Assembly: GCA_013265495.1 (NCBI GenBank) | Contig: MU058793.1 | Location: forward strand, 587,970-651,969 | Origin: Vicugna vicugna | Taxonomy: Eukaryota | Direction of reading: 5' to 3' | DNA: 64,000 nt | Shown: positions 48,502-61,247 of the stretch, piece by piece | Layout of the letters: every line of letters begins with the position of its first letter | Position numbering within the stretch: position 1 is the stretch's first letter | The notes under the pieces: generated by a model | Seen by the model: only the letters and a program-made list of their open reading frames with translations | The model's database searches: none | What the model was told of the DNA's origin: nothing | Program-made: the position numbers and the translations under genes

Positions 48502-50819
48502 AAACTACTCTACTCTAGATAGTATATAAACGAATGAACATGGCTGTGTTCCAGTATAATCTTATTTACAAAAACAGGCTGGTGGTTTCAGGGTCATAGT
48601 GTGCCAACCCCCATTCTAGACTCTCAGAGGGTCCCCACAACTGTAACTCACCCACCAACTCTTTGTCCCTCCTCTCTCTCCTGCCCCCTCTCCCCACTCC
48701 CTCATCACATGTGCTGGGGTCGCCTCCCAAATCCTTGTCTTGGTTCTGCTTAGAGGAAACCCAAATTGAGCCCAAAAGCTGTGAAGGAAAAGTGTAAGGA
48801 GTTATGAGACTGTATCATGGGAGACTCATCCAGATCAGTGGGGTCAGAGGAGTGTTCCAGACAAAGGGAACAGCATGTGCTAAGCCCTTGGCAGGAAGGA
48901 ATCATGGCTGTTTTGAAAAATTGGGAAAAGGCCAAGTGCAGTTGGAGCTTGGGAGGCGGTGGGAATAACAGAACTGTGTGGCAAGAGAGACGGGGGTGGG
49001 GGGAGAGGCCACACAGTCTGGAGCCTGGATCCTGAGGCTGGGGGAACCATTAAAACGGTCAGGTAGTCGCGTGACATGCTGTGATGCGAATACGCAGGAC
49101 CTGGCTCAGCGACACAGAGAAACTCCACCTCCTGCCCTACAGCCTGTGTTAGCGACCCGCTCCTCCGCCCCACTCGCCTCCATTCACTTAGAATTCCAGG
49201 CAGGAAATCAAAAACATCACCCTTGAACAAGACTCATAAACAGTTAAGTACCCTCTATCAACAGGGGATCGAAGGAAAAATAACCAATAAAAATACATAA
49301 TAAAACAACTACTGAACAAACAGAGCTGCCGAACTCAAGCCCTGCCAGGTTATTACTGAGACTTGGAGGAGGATTTTGGAGTACTATTATTTGATTTTGC
49401 TGGTTCCCTGCCAATTATTTTGAAATGCCCTTTATTCCTTCCTACTTTGTGTCTTTGTTTTGAAAAACTGATGCTCTAACGTCTTTGCTGGAGGATCCTG
49501 GAACAATAACCGCCTTCCTCTCTTACACAGAAAACAAAGAAGGAAATGTCACCCAGGGTTTTCTGTGTGTTTCTGTTTCCTTCAGGCACATAAGTACTTC
49601 TGGACCTGGCATCCTCTTTGAGAGATAACCCTGCACTGCTCGTGAGCTGAAAAGAATGTCCAGTATCCTCCTCTATAAGAATCCATCCGATATTTGGAAC
49701 TTGAGGGTGGAGTAAACACACAGAGAACTAAGGAAGCTCTTAGAAAACTCGAAACAGTGGCCAGGCTGGCAGGTGACTGTTTCCTAGGAGAGGTTCAAGG
49801 GTGGGGCAGCCACTTGGCCCATGTGGATATATTCCATCTATAATAGCAGCCAGGCCTTCCAGTGGAAGATTTCAGGACAAACTGCGGTACTTCTCTGGAC
49901 TAAAGTCACTCAGACACAAGCCACACACATGCTTCATGAGCATGTGAGAGGCATCCTTCCAACCTCTCAGCAGCCTTCCCTGATGTTGCCCAAACATATG
50001 AATATGTGTGTGTTTGTGCCCATGTGTTAATTAGGTTTCTTTTCGGTTGTTCTGAGGAAATAGTATGGCTCCTACAAGTCAGCTCAGAGCTGACATATTT
50101 CTAGACCCAAAGGAAAAGTTAACCATGTCTCTCCTCCAGAGGTTGCACTTGTATTCCAAAGTTAGACAGCCCTCTCCAAGTTTTTTTTTAATTTCTCTGT
50201 CATTATTCTGACAGTGGTGGCCTGAAATGTACCCCTAGTTCAAGTAGTTAGGGAATTCATAAATCCTAAAGGGGTAGGAGGGCCTCTTTGGCTAATATTT
50301 TTAGGTTTCTTTGGTTTCAACTGACAGAAAATCTAGCTCATACCTACTTAGCAGAAAGGAAATTATTAGGCAAACCCAGTCGAAAAGACCAGAGGTAAGG
50401 CAGGAGTAAGGCAGGCTACCGGTACCCTTCTGTCTTCTTTAATAGAAAATATTCTTATTTATTACCTCCCTTGTTCATCATCAGATATGACCAATGTCAA
50501 TCATTACAAGTCACTTTTAAATGCCTTCAGGATTTTTAAAAATAGTTATTTTACATACAAGAAGAAGTTACAAAAATTGATCACTTACTAGCAGTGGCTT
50601 TAAAACATTTTTGATCTCTTAACAGCAAATATATTTCATTAAAACCCAGTTATTCTTTTTGTTTTTTTAATGCTCCTGGTGATGCACTGAATTTGTTATT
50701 AAAACTCACCAGTGGGTTACCACCCACGATATGGGAAAAACTGTCTCAGGATATTCTGCTCAAACTTTGCTACTGAACTGCCTGAGCAGCAGGGAGGAGA
50801 GAACTCAGTCATGGGGACT

Positions 50820-50821
<2 letters not shown>

Positions 50822-50860
<39 letters not shown>
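50822..50860. repeat. (CT)n microsatellite within an old MLT1-like LTR (~50750-51200, minus)
   Basis: Seen directly; flanks resemble reverse MLT1. Confidence 0.85.
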
Positions 50861-52351
50861 AGCTGAGTCTTGGCTGTGTTGGCTTCATCCTCCAGTTCCA
50901 CATAGAAGCAAGATGGTGCCAGTTGCTCTAGAATCTACGTCCTCTCTGCTTTCATGCCAGGGGCCCATGGCTCTCCTGGCATTCCTAGCAAAAACCTCAT
51001 CATGTCTCATGGGCTTTAATTCAATCAAGCATCATTCCTGAACCAGTTACTCAGGCCAGAAGAATCCTATTTGTGGACCGGCCTAATGATGTGCTACATC
51101 CATGACCCAGACATGGAGCTCTATCTAAGCATATGGGCTGAAGGTGGGGGAGGGAAAATCAGGGTGTGCTTACAAAAGAAGCATTAAAGGGAACAGAACT
51201 GCAAAAACAACAGGGCTAGTCCTAATCATAGGTGAAACTGGCAACTAGCCTGTGATTGGCAAGTAGGGGGTCACTGCCCCAAGTGTGGCCCCCTCCTGAT
51301 TCTCCAATACCTGGGATAACTTTAACAAAGGTATGAAGCTTTCCTTTCATGATAGAAGATATAGCTTAAGGTACAAATACCTCTAGGAGAGAGGAGACAA
51401 TTCAGACTAAAGTGTAAATGGTTGATGCAAATTTTCTTTTGATTGAGGTGGAAGGAAAAAGGTATCATAGAAGGATTCATGAATGGAATGAAAGAGAGGT
51501 ATAGGTAAGAGAGGTGCAAAGAAGAAAAAATTATCTGCTTCCAACACAATTTAGCCTAAGGTTATCCTTGCTCTAGTGTATCAGAGAAACCATCATTTTT
51601 GTAAAGATAAGTCCAAAAGGAGCTTCTGTATTGTGTAAAAAAAGCTCTTCTTGCTGCTAGGAGTATAAGGGGGAAATGGAAAATATATTTCCAGCTCTCA
51701 GAAGAATTGCAATTAACTTGGGAAACAGAGTAGGTGGTACAAAATCAGGATCACTATTTATAGGTTGCACCATGAATGGCATCCCTTAGAATCATACATG
51801 GTACAGCCTGTAAAACCATATCCACTGGCCCGGTAAAGAGGGCTTAAAGTAAGCCATTAGCAAATCTAAATAACCTTAGGGAAGCATTCCCCAGATTGTG
51901 TTCTATGGAGTACTAATTCTTTAGCATTTTAATAGGTATTAGATAATGAAAAGTTTATTGAATTAAGGAGTTTTTATAACAATGCCAAGTCCACAAGGAC
52001 CTCTGCAAGACTTTTCAGAGCCTTTAGTATGCTGACCTATACAGTAGACATCCAAGAGGGAAGTATAGAAAGAGACACTATCCAAATATATTTGATGATA
52101 ATCCTGTGCCAAAAAAAGTGATATAAGAAAAGCTGACCCTGGGCAAAATGAGTAGCAAGCATCTTTCCTCTTTCAAGTCTTAGTTATATTCATTCAATAA
52201 CTCATTACTGAGCACCTACTCTGTGCCAGACACTGTACCAGATGCTGGAGATACACAGTTAAGAAAAACGTAATCAAGTGCCATGTCTCTGATGCTTACA
52301 GTCTAATGGAGGCTAAGACGTTAAACAGATAATACACAATTAAATAATATA

Positions 52352-52685
52352 CAATTTACCCTTGAACAACATGGGTTTGAACTGCACATTGCCACATATG
52401 CTTGGATTTTTTTCAACAAAAATAGTACTTGTATTTTCATTTTACAGATCTTTAAATTAACCCAGTGCAAGGAAAAGTTTGTGTCCAATTAGCAAGCACA
52501 ATATGTGGAATCAAAAGAACTGGGGTTTGAGTCCTGATTCTATTCAAATTTCTGCAGCTTCCAGCCCTTGGGTGAGTCATTTATCAATCTTTTTTTTTTT
52601 TTTGAGGCAGAGATAGCAGTACCTGGATTTTTGACTGCACAAGGGATTGGCAGCCCTAACCCCTGTGTTGTTCAAGAGTTAACTG
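52352..52685 (+). mobile_element. TcMar-Tigger2-type MITE (copy 2), next to an L2 fragment
   Basis: TA-caatttacccttgaacaac ... gttgttcaagagttaactg-TA; intact TA TSD; collinear with 5715-6031. Confidence 0.9.
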
Positions 52686-52909
52686 TATAATGTCCTATAT
52701 GATGTCCATATAAACCTATATAAATATGCATTTCTTTCAGCTGAAAGTGTGCATATGCATTGTAAATATGTGTGTGTGTGTGTATATATATATACACATA
52801 CATACATAGTTACTTTTAAAAGAAACTAAATTCAGTAACAACTGACTCATCAGAGAATTCTGGAATTTGGAGCAGACCTTAACGAGGATCTAATATCTTC
52901 ATTTTAGAA

Positions 52910-53340
52910 TCATTCATTTCCCCAGAAAATATTTATTGAGTGCCTACTACGTGCTAGGCAGTATTTAGGCACAAGGATACAGTGAGGAACTAAAAAGCAA
53001 GCTGCTGCCCTCATGGAGTTTATAGTCTAGTTTGAGAGACAGACATTGATCAAACAATCATACAAATTCATTCCATGAAATTCATTCAATTTTTCCACAA
53101 AAATGTATTGAAGTAAAAGCCAAGATTATAAGGATATAAACCAAAAAGGTGCTAGTCCAGCCCTCAAAATGCTTACAACATAGAGGGGACGTGGACCTAC
53201 ACACAATTTGCTCATAATAATAGTAAGGATTGAAATAGATATTTCTGCAAAGTAAAATGAGAACAGATAAAAAGGGGCGACCTTGCGGTCTATCAAGGGA
53301 GGACTTCATAGGGGGAAGCAAATGAACTAAGCCTTAAAAT
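52910..53340 (-). mobile_element. L2 3' end (another at ~52190-52345)
   Basis: aaatatttattgagtgcctactacgtgctaggca...ctgccctcatggagtttatagtctag. Confidence 0.85.
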
Positions 53341-53984
53341 ATGAGGAGACAAAGCTCCAAAGAGGAGATGTGACTGAAGCCACACAACTTAATAGTGGCA
53401 GATGCAGAGGAAAAACACCAGGACACCAGGGCTTGAAAGTCTGCAGGAGGACCAGCAGCTAGGGATGACATCTCTGGGGTCCTTAAAGGGAGCTTTGGAC
53501 TCTTAAAGAGTGAAAAACATTCAGAGGGAGTAAATGTGAGCCAGGTCCCCTCCACGTGGTAGCCGTCTGAGTCTGTGTGCCCTGGTAAGCCCTGTGCGGA
53601 GCTGAGCGGCTCTAAAGCTCACTGGTCTTAGCCAAAGAACAACCTCGTTTCTGAGGTGTGTTTGCTAGCAACTCAGATTACACCTTCCACTTGAAGAGAG
53701 AAGCTGGGATAGATGCCAAACCCACCGCAAGCCACTCTGGTCCTTCAAATGGCACTTACAGGGGCTGTAGAAAATATAAACTGGATCAATCACTCAAGAT
53801 AGAAAAGCAATCATAACCGTAAAATTCTCACTCAGCCCCATTCAATCGACAGCAATGAAAGGGACTAATCTTTGCCAGCTCTGCCACCAACGAGTTAAAA
53901 AAATGAAGTGGAACAAAGGTAAAGATATGGATAGAATAGATAGACAGATATGATATATACACACACACAAACCTATCAGAATAG

Positions 53985-54660
53985 TAAATATGCAGCTCAA
54001 TAAGTTATCACCAACTGAACACACCTGTGTGACCAGCGCCCAGATTAAAAAAAACAGACCATTGCCAACAGCACAAAAGCCCTTGTGTTTCTTTCTAGTC
54101 ACTCCCCAAAGACTAACCACTATCTTTCTTCCAACAGCTTAGATTAGTTTTGCCTATTTTTCATTCTATAGAAACGGATCATACAACATGTACTTTTGTG
54201 TGGTGTCTTCTTTAATCATTATGCTTGTGAGGCTCATTCCTATTGTTGTGTATGGTTGTATATTATTCATACTCAATGTGCACTATTTCATTGTGTGACT
54301 GTACTATCATGTATTTATTTGTCTCTGGTGCTGTTGATAGGCATTTGGGTAGTTTCCACTTTCTGGCTATTACAAATTGGGCTCCTATACACACTTCAGT
54401 ACATATCTTTGGTGATCACAGTTATGAATTTCTCTTGAGAATAAGCCCAGGTGTAGAGCTGCTGTGCTGTGGAATATATTTAAGTTCGGCTTTAGTAGAT
54501 TTTGTCAACCGGTTTTCCAAAGTGACTGTATCTATTCACACCCTCACTAACAGCATTCCAATTGTTCCACGACTTTATAGACTCTTGGAATTTTGTGTGT
54601 GTGTGTGTCTTTTCCACTTTAGTCATTCTGGCTGATGTGTAAGTGGTATTAGATTGAAGC
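53985..54660 (-). mobile_element. Old L1 3' end (L1MD/ME-like)
   Basis: aactgaacacacctgtgtgaccagcgcccagatta...tagattagttttgcct...gataggcatttgggtagtttccac. Confidence 0.85.
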
Positions 54661-54699
54661 TCATGCTATTGAGATAGACTCCAGGTGGAATGCACATAC

Positions 54700-55800
54700 T
54701 CAGGGTCACCCAGTAAATTAATTGCCAGGAAAAAAATTCAACACTTTTTAAAGAAGGAAATATAATTCATATGCCTTAAATATATATCATTTCCCAGGAT
54801 ACAATAAAAATGTGTTAGACATATAAAGAAACAGGAAAATGTGACCCCTAATCAAGAAGAAACCCATCGTTAGAAACAGACACTGAGATAACTAAGGCAT
54901 TGGGATAACAGGGGAGGACTTTAAAGAAGCTTCTATAAATACATTCCAAGGCTTAAGAGAAAAGTAAGGTCCTACTAAGGGAACAGCTAGAAAAATCTAA
55001 GGGGGAAATAGAGGCTGGAAAAAGAGCTAAATGGAAATTCCATAACCAAAAGGTACAATATCTGACATGGAAAATTCACTGGCTGAGCTGGACAATAGCA
55101 AGAGCAGAAAAATGGTCAATGACCTTTACAATGTAACAACAGCAATTACCTAATAAAAGGATCACATATTCTAAAAATTGAAAAATTAGCAGAGCCTTAG
55201 GGACTGAAGGAACAACAGCAAGTACCTTGATGTGTCACATGTGTGTACCAGAAGGAGAGGAGAGAATGAGAATGGGACACAAAAGTTCTTTTTTTAAATA
55301 ATGGTGTAAATTTCCCCAAATTTAATGAAAAAAGAGATTTAAGAAGGTGAACAAATCCTATGGAAGATAAATACAAGGAAACCACAACTGGGCACATCAG
55401 GCTTCAACTCCTGAAAATGAAAAATAAAAAATAAAAACACTGAGACAGCCAGAGAAAAATGACATATTACACAGAGAGAAATAATAATATGAATGTTAGG
55501 CAACTTGTTATAAAAAATAAAGGTAGCCAGAAGACAATAGGATATTTTCAGTATTGAAAGAAAATGCTCTCAAATCAGAATTCTATACCCAGAAAAATAA
55601 TCTTTAAAAAATTAGGCTGAAATAAAGACACTGTCAGATAAAATTTGAGACAGTTTGTCAGTGACAGACTTGCATTACACTAAATACTAAAGGAAGTTCT
55701 TCAGGCTGAAGGAACATGATCCACAAAGAAACCTGGATCTATAGGAAGGAATGAAGGGTGCCAGAAAAGGAGAATATGACAGTAAATATAAACGATTAGA
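54700..55800 (+). mobile_element. Old L1 (L1M) ORF1 remnant
   Basis: aagaaacaggaaaatgtgacccctaatcaaga...agaattctatacccagaaaaataatc...atactaaaggaagttcttcaggctgaagg. Confidence 0.82.
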
Positions 55801-55879
55801 TTTCTAAAGAATCTAAGAGGGAGGGGAGGAGGAACTGAGAAGAGTAATGAAGTAAAAACCATATATAGTCAGAGAAGCT

Positions 55880-56405
55880 TAGAAATAACCTAAATGTCCA
55901 TCGACAGATGAATGGATAAAGAATGTGTATTATATACACACAGTGGAATACTACTCAGCCATGAAAAATAAAATAATGCCATTTGCTGCAACATGGATAG
56001 ACCTAGAGATTATTATACTAAGTGAAGTAAATCAGACAAAGACAAATGTCATATATTACTTTTTATGGAATCTAAAAAAATACAAATTTTATTTACAAAC
56101 CAAGAATAAGACTCATGGACATAGAAAACAAACTATGATTTCCAAAGGGGAAAGAGTGGGGAAGTGATAAATTACAGTTTGGGATTAACAGATACACACT
56201 AGTGTATATAAAATGGATAAACAACAAGGACTTACTGTATAGCCCACGGAACTATATTCAATTACTTGCAATGACATATAATGGAAAAGAAACTGAAAAA
56301 ATATATATATATGTATGTATATATATAACTGAATTGCTTTGCTGTACACCTGAAACTAACACTATAAATCAACTATGCTTCAATAAAAAACAAAATTAAA
56401 AAAAA
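55880..56405 (+). mobile_element. 5'-truncated artiodactyl-type L1 3' end
   Basis: aacctaaatgtccatcgacagatgaatggataaag...EYYSAMKNKIMPFAATWIDLEIIILSEV...gctgtacacctgaaactaacac...caataaaaaa. Confidence 0.92.
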
Positions 56406-56820
56406 TCCCAGCTCTACCACTTATAAACCATATGATCATAGATAATTTGCTTAACTTCTCTGATCCATTTCCTTCATCCATTACGGGGTTAATAGCACTC
56501 AATCTCTGTATAGTTCTTAACAAATTTGAGAGCTGTCCACAGGGTGCTTAGCACAGTGTCCAGGACATAGTGGGCACTCAGTGAGAGGAGCTGTCACTAT
56601 GATGGGTGTTGTTAGGTGTTACATAAGAAGAGTCAAAAATTGAAGTTCATTACATTGACCAAGTTACCTAATCTATGATAGCCTACTATATATTTTAAAA
56701 ACTGAGACAACCATTGTCCTATATTTATGAGATTGTCACAAGAATTAAGTGAAATAACACATTTAAAGACATTTAGCAAAATGATTGACATATAAAAAAT
56801 GATCAAAATATTTGCTATAA
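56405..56820 (+). mobile_element. Two MIR fragments
   Basis: aatcccagctctaccactta...gtgcttagcacagtgtccaggacatag; second core ~56650-56820. Confidence 0.7.
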
Positions 56821-57133
56821 AAAATTTGAAATTCAGCTTGTCTTACCTAAATCAAGGATAACTAAAGTTTTAACAATTTTCCCTCTCTTTTACATTTCTC
56901 TTTCTTTTTCAGATAAAAATCACAAATGCTCACAGTAGTCATGTTGGTTTGATCAACTTAGGTCTATAGATTCTGAGACATTAAATTTAACAACCATCAA
57001 TCATTTCTAGTACTGCAAATCCCAGTGCTATGTACTTTATTTTAAAGTCCCCAGAAAATGTGTGCCTCAGATGAAAATGGATTTTAAAGTATGCGTGAAC
57101 TTTCCTCAATGACTAAAGGAGCAACATATTCTA

Positions 57134-57655
57134 CATTGTTCCCCAAACTTCAGCCTTTTGCTCACCACCACAATAATGTAGCAATTATTAACTCAATATC
57201 TTTAAATTAATTTCAAAAAGGAACTTGGGGTACTGCTATATATGAGTACTAGTATCTCTGACCATAAATAGAAAATATGCATTAAAAACAGAATTAGGGG
57301 GGTGGTTATAGCTCAGTGGTAGAGCATATGCTTAGCATGCACGAGCTTGCATGAGGTCCTGGGTTCAATCCCCAGTACCTTCATTAAAAAAATAAAAAAA
57401 AAATAAACTTTAAAAAATGTAATTAAAGCAAAACAATGTTCTTATAATTTAGCTACAAACTATTGCTTCCCAGAGGCTTTGAACCTGAGGTTTGCTCTGT
57501 CTTTGTTGAGAATGAGAAAGGGCTTGAGAAAGAAATTGATTAGCAAATGTTACAGATAAATACATACTAACTCCTGAGACGTTCTCTTTGTTAAAATCAA
57601 AAGGAATGAAACAACTCAAAAAGGAATAACTTCTCAACAGGGCAATTCAGTTCTA
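57134..57655. mobile_element. hAT-Charlie element (MER113-like) containing a SINE
   Basis: cattgttccccaaacttcagcc...aaaacaatgtt...gaggctttgaacctgaggtttgctct. Confidence 0.5.
57297..57410 (+). mobile_element. tRNA-derived camelid SINE (Vic-1-like)
   Basis: ggggggtggttatagctcagtggtagagc...ggtcctgggttcaatccccagtacc + A tail; approximate TSD taaaaacagaatta / taaaaaatgtaatta. Confidence 0.93.
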
Positions 57656-58132
57656 CTAATGATCTGTTCCCAGGCTTTTATGCCCCATGATTTAAAAAAA
57701 ATGGAAGTAATCATAACCTTCCTCACATGTTTGAGGTAAATGATAGGCAAAACAATATATGGAAGGCTCTTAGCATGGGGCCAGGAGCATACATGATGCT
57801 CAAGAAATATTAGCCATAACTAAAAATATTACATATACATTCATTACTCACATTCTTCTTGTTCATGGGGAAAACATAGATAGGCATCTTGTTATTTACA
57901 TTTTCCATTTGCATGTTGAAACTGAAGATGAAGGGAGACTCCTCTGAAGAGGAAGTCGCCATGGTCTAGAATTTTAACTTGCTAGTAGACTTTTTTATTT
58001 TAAAATTTCTGAACTAAGTATAGAAATAAGATTCATTATTAAAAGATATTAAGACTAGCATTCTCTGTCACATGGATTTCTGCATCCATTATTCTACTAC
58101 TCTCCTTGTGGTAGAGACCGTGTCTTTTATTC

Positions 58133-58207
58133 CCTCTCTCTCTCTCACACACACACACAGACATGCCCACACAGACAAACAGACACACAGACACACGGAC
58201 ACACACA
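58133..58207. repeat. (CT)n-(CA)n/(CACAGA)n simple repeat
   Basis: Seen directly. Confidence 0.85.
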
Positions 58208-59338
58208 GCCTCCCACCACAATGAGCACTTAATTAATACTTGTATATTGTGGAAGTATTCTTAAAGATGTAAAGCCCCAGGTCTATCTCATTTTCAAAAG
58301 ACTTTATAAGAAGGAAAGTATGAATATGTGGCACTGGTCATTTCTCTAATTTAATAATGAAATCTTTGATTCTGTTGAAAATAATTCCTGGCAGCAAATT
58401 AAAGAAAACTTTTTATAAATTTGAATTTGGGAAAACTTTAAAAATAGGACTATAAACTTCTAGAAATAATGATGTATTTATTCCTGGTAGAAGAACTTAA
58501 AACTCACTTACATTAATACTACATGTTTCTTTCCCACTGACATGAGCTGCTAATTAATTGTACTTTTTGCTACCAAAAACAAGAAAGAACAAACAACATA
58601 AAAGGAGAGTGTTGTCAAGTCATCACTCTACATCAGACATAATGTTTTTTCACTTTCATCAGATCTTTATAGTCCATCAGATATGTTAATATTTATGGCA
58701 TGTTTATAGAAGAAATCAGTTAGAATTAATAAATAATAAAGCTAATGTCTTTTTAAAAAGTAAATCAAGAATCCTACCATAAAGTTGCCCATAATTTACT
58801 GCAGCAATATAAAACCAGAAAAGCAGTAAGCAGACAGGATTATATTCCATTACTCAGAATATCTAACTACCTCCAAAGTGTTTTTGGCTATCTTTTTTTA
58901 AACAAGGGAAAAAAATATTTTGGCAACTCCAACTTAGAGGATTCTTTTCATCAACCTGCATGGGGTCATGAGTGATTATATATACAAGCAATTCATGCTG
59001 AGAATTTTTCTTTTCCCTCAACTTGAGCCTGAGATATTTTATTATATTTGCTGATGTTTTATTCAAGACCATAGTCTCTATATTCCAAATTGGGACTTAT
59101 TTTCTGCTATTTTATCAGTTTTTAGTACTAAGATTAGGCAGTCTTCTTAATTATGCAAGCATCTATTCTATTCTTAAGTAGTATGCTGATTGAATATTCT
59201 CTAATGTTATCCTAGTAATACAAATCCTTCTACTGATCAAAAAAAATTTCTGGAAGAGGAAGGGGAAATACAATGCCTAAAAACTTCTTTTCAGCATCAA
59301 ATGATAAATGAAACAAAAATATTAAAAGTTGTTGATGC

Positions 59339-61247
59339 TGGTGTTGGGAGGGGGCAGGATCTGCCCACCTGCCTCACCCAAGCGCAGCATCTGACTGCAG
59401 CATCGAGATGGGGAGTGACCCAACCACCCACCGGTTTTATTCCTGCATAGGCTTTAGATAGATAAATAAATAAACTCCTTAAGGACCACAATAGATAACT
59501 GATACTCCATACGCCACAGTGCCAGAGAGATATCGGCAAGATGAAGAAGCACAGGAACCACTCCCAATTAAAAGATCAAGAGAAATCCCCTGAAAGCACA
59601 ATCAAGGAAATAGACATTGATGGCCTACTAGATCAAGATTTCAAAAAAGGTGTGATCGAAGTACTGAAGGAACTAAAAGAAATAGTGTTTAGAGATGTAA
59701 AATATGTCAAGAATGAAAGAGAAGCTATAAAGAAGAACCAAGTAGAATTAGCAAACTCATTTGCTGAGATGAGAGCTGACCTGAAGGCTGTACAAAGCAG
59801 GCTAGATAACGCAGAGGAACGAATAAGTGACCTAGAAGACAGGACAACAGAAAGCACCCGATCAGAACAGCTGAGACAAAAACAAATAAAAAACAATGAA
59901 AGCAATATAAGGGACCTATGGGATAATATGAAGCATGCCAATCTACACATAATAGGAGTTCCAGAAGGGGAAGAAAGAACAAAGGGGATTGAAAAGGTAT
60001 TGGAAGAAATCATGACTGAAAACTTCCCAAACCTAAAGGAATCATGTATCCAAGTATAGGAGGCTCAGAGGTTCCCAAATAGGAAGAACCCAAACAGACC
60101 CACACCAAGACATATCATAATCAAGATGGCCAGAGTCAAGGATAAAGAAAGGATCCTAAAGGCAACAAGAGAAAAAACAAAGGGTGAGTTACAAGGGAAC
60201 CCCCATAAGGCTCTCAGCTGATTTCTCTACACAAACACTACAGGCCAGAAGGGAGTGACAAGATACATTCAAAGTCCTGAATGAAAAAAAGATGCAGCCT
60301 AGGATACTCTATCCAGCAAGGCTATCCTTTAGAATAGAAGGAGAGATAAAGAACTTCACAGACAAGCAAAAACTAAAAGAGTTTAGCAACACTAAACCCA
60401 TGCTAAAAGAAATATTGACAGGTCTACTCTAAATAGAAAAGAAGCAGAATGCTACAAAAATGAGAAACTCATAACTGGAAAGGAGATAACTGCTATGAAT
60501 TACAAAAAGAATAAACACAAAATTGTAAAAGAAGACATCTAAATCATTAAGAGTGGGAGAGGGAAGCAAGGAAAGCCACTGTGGAAAACAGTATGGAGAT
60601 TCCTCAAAAGACTAGGAATGGACTTACCATATGACCCAGAAATCCCGCTCCTGGGCATATATCCAGAAGGAAACCTACTTCAAAATGACACCTGCACCCC
60701 AGTGTTCATAGCAGCACTATTTATAATAGCCAAGACATGGATACAATAGCCTAAATGTCCATCAACAGATTACTGGATAAGAATATGTGGTATATTTATA
60801 CAATGGAATAGTATTCAGCCACAAAAACCGACAACATAATGCCATTTGCGGCAACATGGATGTTCCTGGAGAATGTCATTCTAAGTGAAGTAAACCAGAA
60901 AGAGAAAGAAAAATGCCATATGAGATCACTCATATGTGGAATCTAAAAAAAAAAAAACATAAATACAAAACAGAAACAGACTCATAGACATAGAATACAA
61001 ACTTGTGGTTGCCAATGGGGTGGAGGGTGGGAAGGGACAGACTGGGATTTCAAAATGCAGAATAGATAAACAAGATTATACAATATAGAACAGGGAAATA
61101 TATATATTATATACATTTTTTTCATAGAGAAAAAAATGTGACAATGAATATTTATATATGTTCATGTATAACTGAAAAATTGTGCTCTACACTGGAATTT
61201 GACACAACATTGTAAAATTACTATTACTCAATAAAAAATATTTTTTA
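59339..61247 (+). mobile_element. Young L1 derivative: partial 5' UTR + ORF1 + spacer joined to ORF2 C-terminus/3' UTR (ORF2 essentially absent)
   Basis: Perfect 15-bp TSD aaaagttgttgatgc (59324-59338 / 61248-61262); junction at ~60573-60575. Confidence 0.95.
59541..60432 (+). pseudogene. Disrupted L1 ORF1p (coiled coil, RRM, CTD)
   Basis: MKKHRNHSQLKDQEKSPE...RDLWDNMKHANLHIIGVPEGEE...ENFPNL; continues RPTPRHIIIKM, GTPIRLSADFS, YPARLSF, LKEILTGLL*; stops at 60057-60059 and 60256-60258 and one frameshift in the A-run at ~60172-60177. Confidence 0.95.

Larger units (their letters stand above)
47712..48613 (+). mobile_element. MER58A-like hAT MITE split by a SINE
   Basis: TIRs cagagttagcaaac ... 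gtgtgccaaccccca; 8-bp TSD ttctagag (47704-47711) / ttctagac (48614-48621). Confidence 0.85.
47508..48775 (+). mobile_element. LTR16-like LTR split by MER58A (parts ~47508-47711 and 48614-48775)
   Basis: ccctccagcttccttgtctcttgataggacaattctaaggtatgttctaga | ctctcagagggtcccca...cccaaatccttgtcttggttctgcttagaggaaacccaaa. Confidence 0.72.
47292..49020 (-). mobile_element. L2 element split by nested insertions (parts ~47292-47500 and ~48776-49020)
   Basis: cattcattcattcatcattcag...ccctgccttcatggagcttagag...ataattgtggtaag; resumes gctgtgaaggaaaagtg...gttccagacaaagggaacagcatgtg. Confidence 0.75.

Noticed and set aside
56880..56965. Strong plus-strand acceptor ...ctttctttttcag at 56912 (similar one at 61380)
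   Set aside because: No convincing donor or informative reading frame downstream
57297..57380. tRNA-Ala-like sequences as genuine tRNA genes (also 11924, 39230, 45986, 47808)
   Set aside because: Diverged stems, A-rich tails and TSDs mark them as SINE copies
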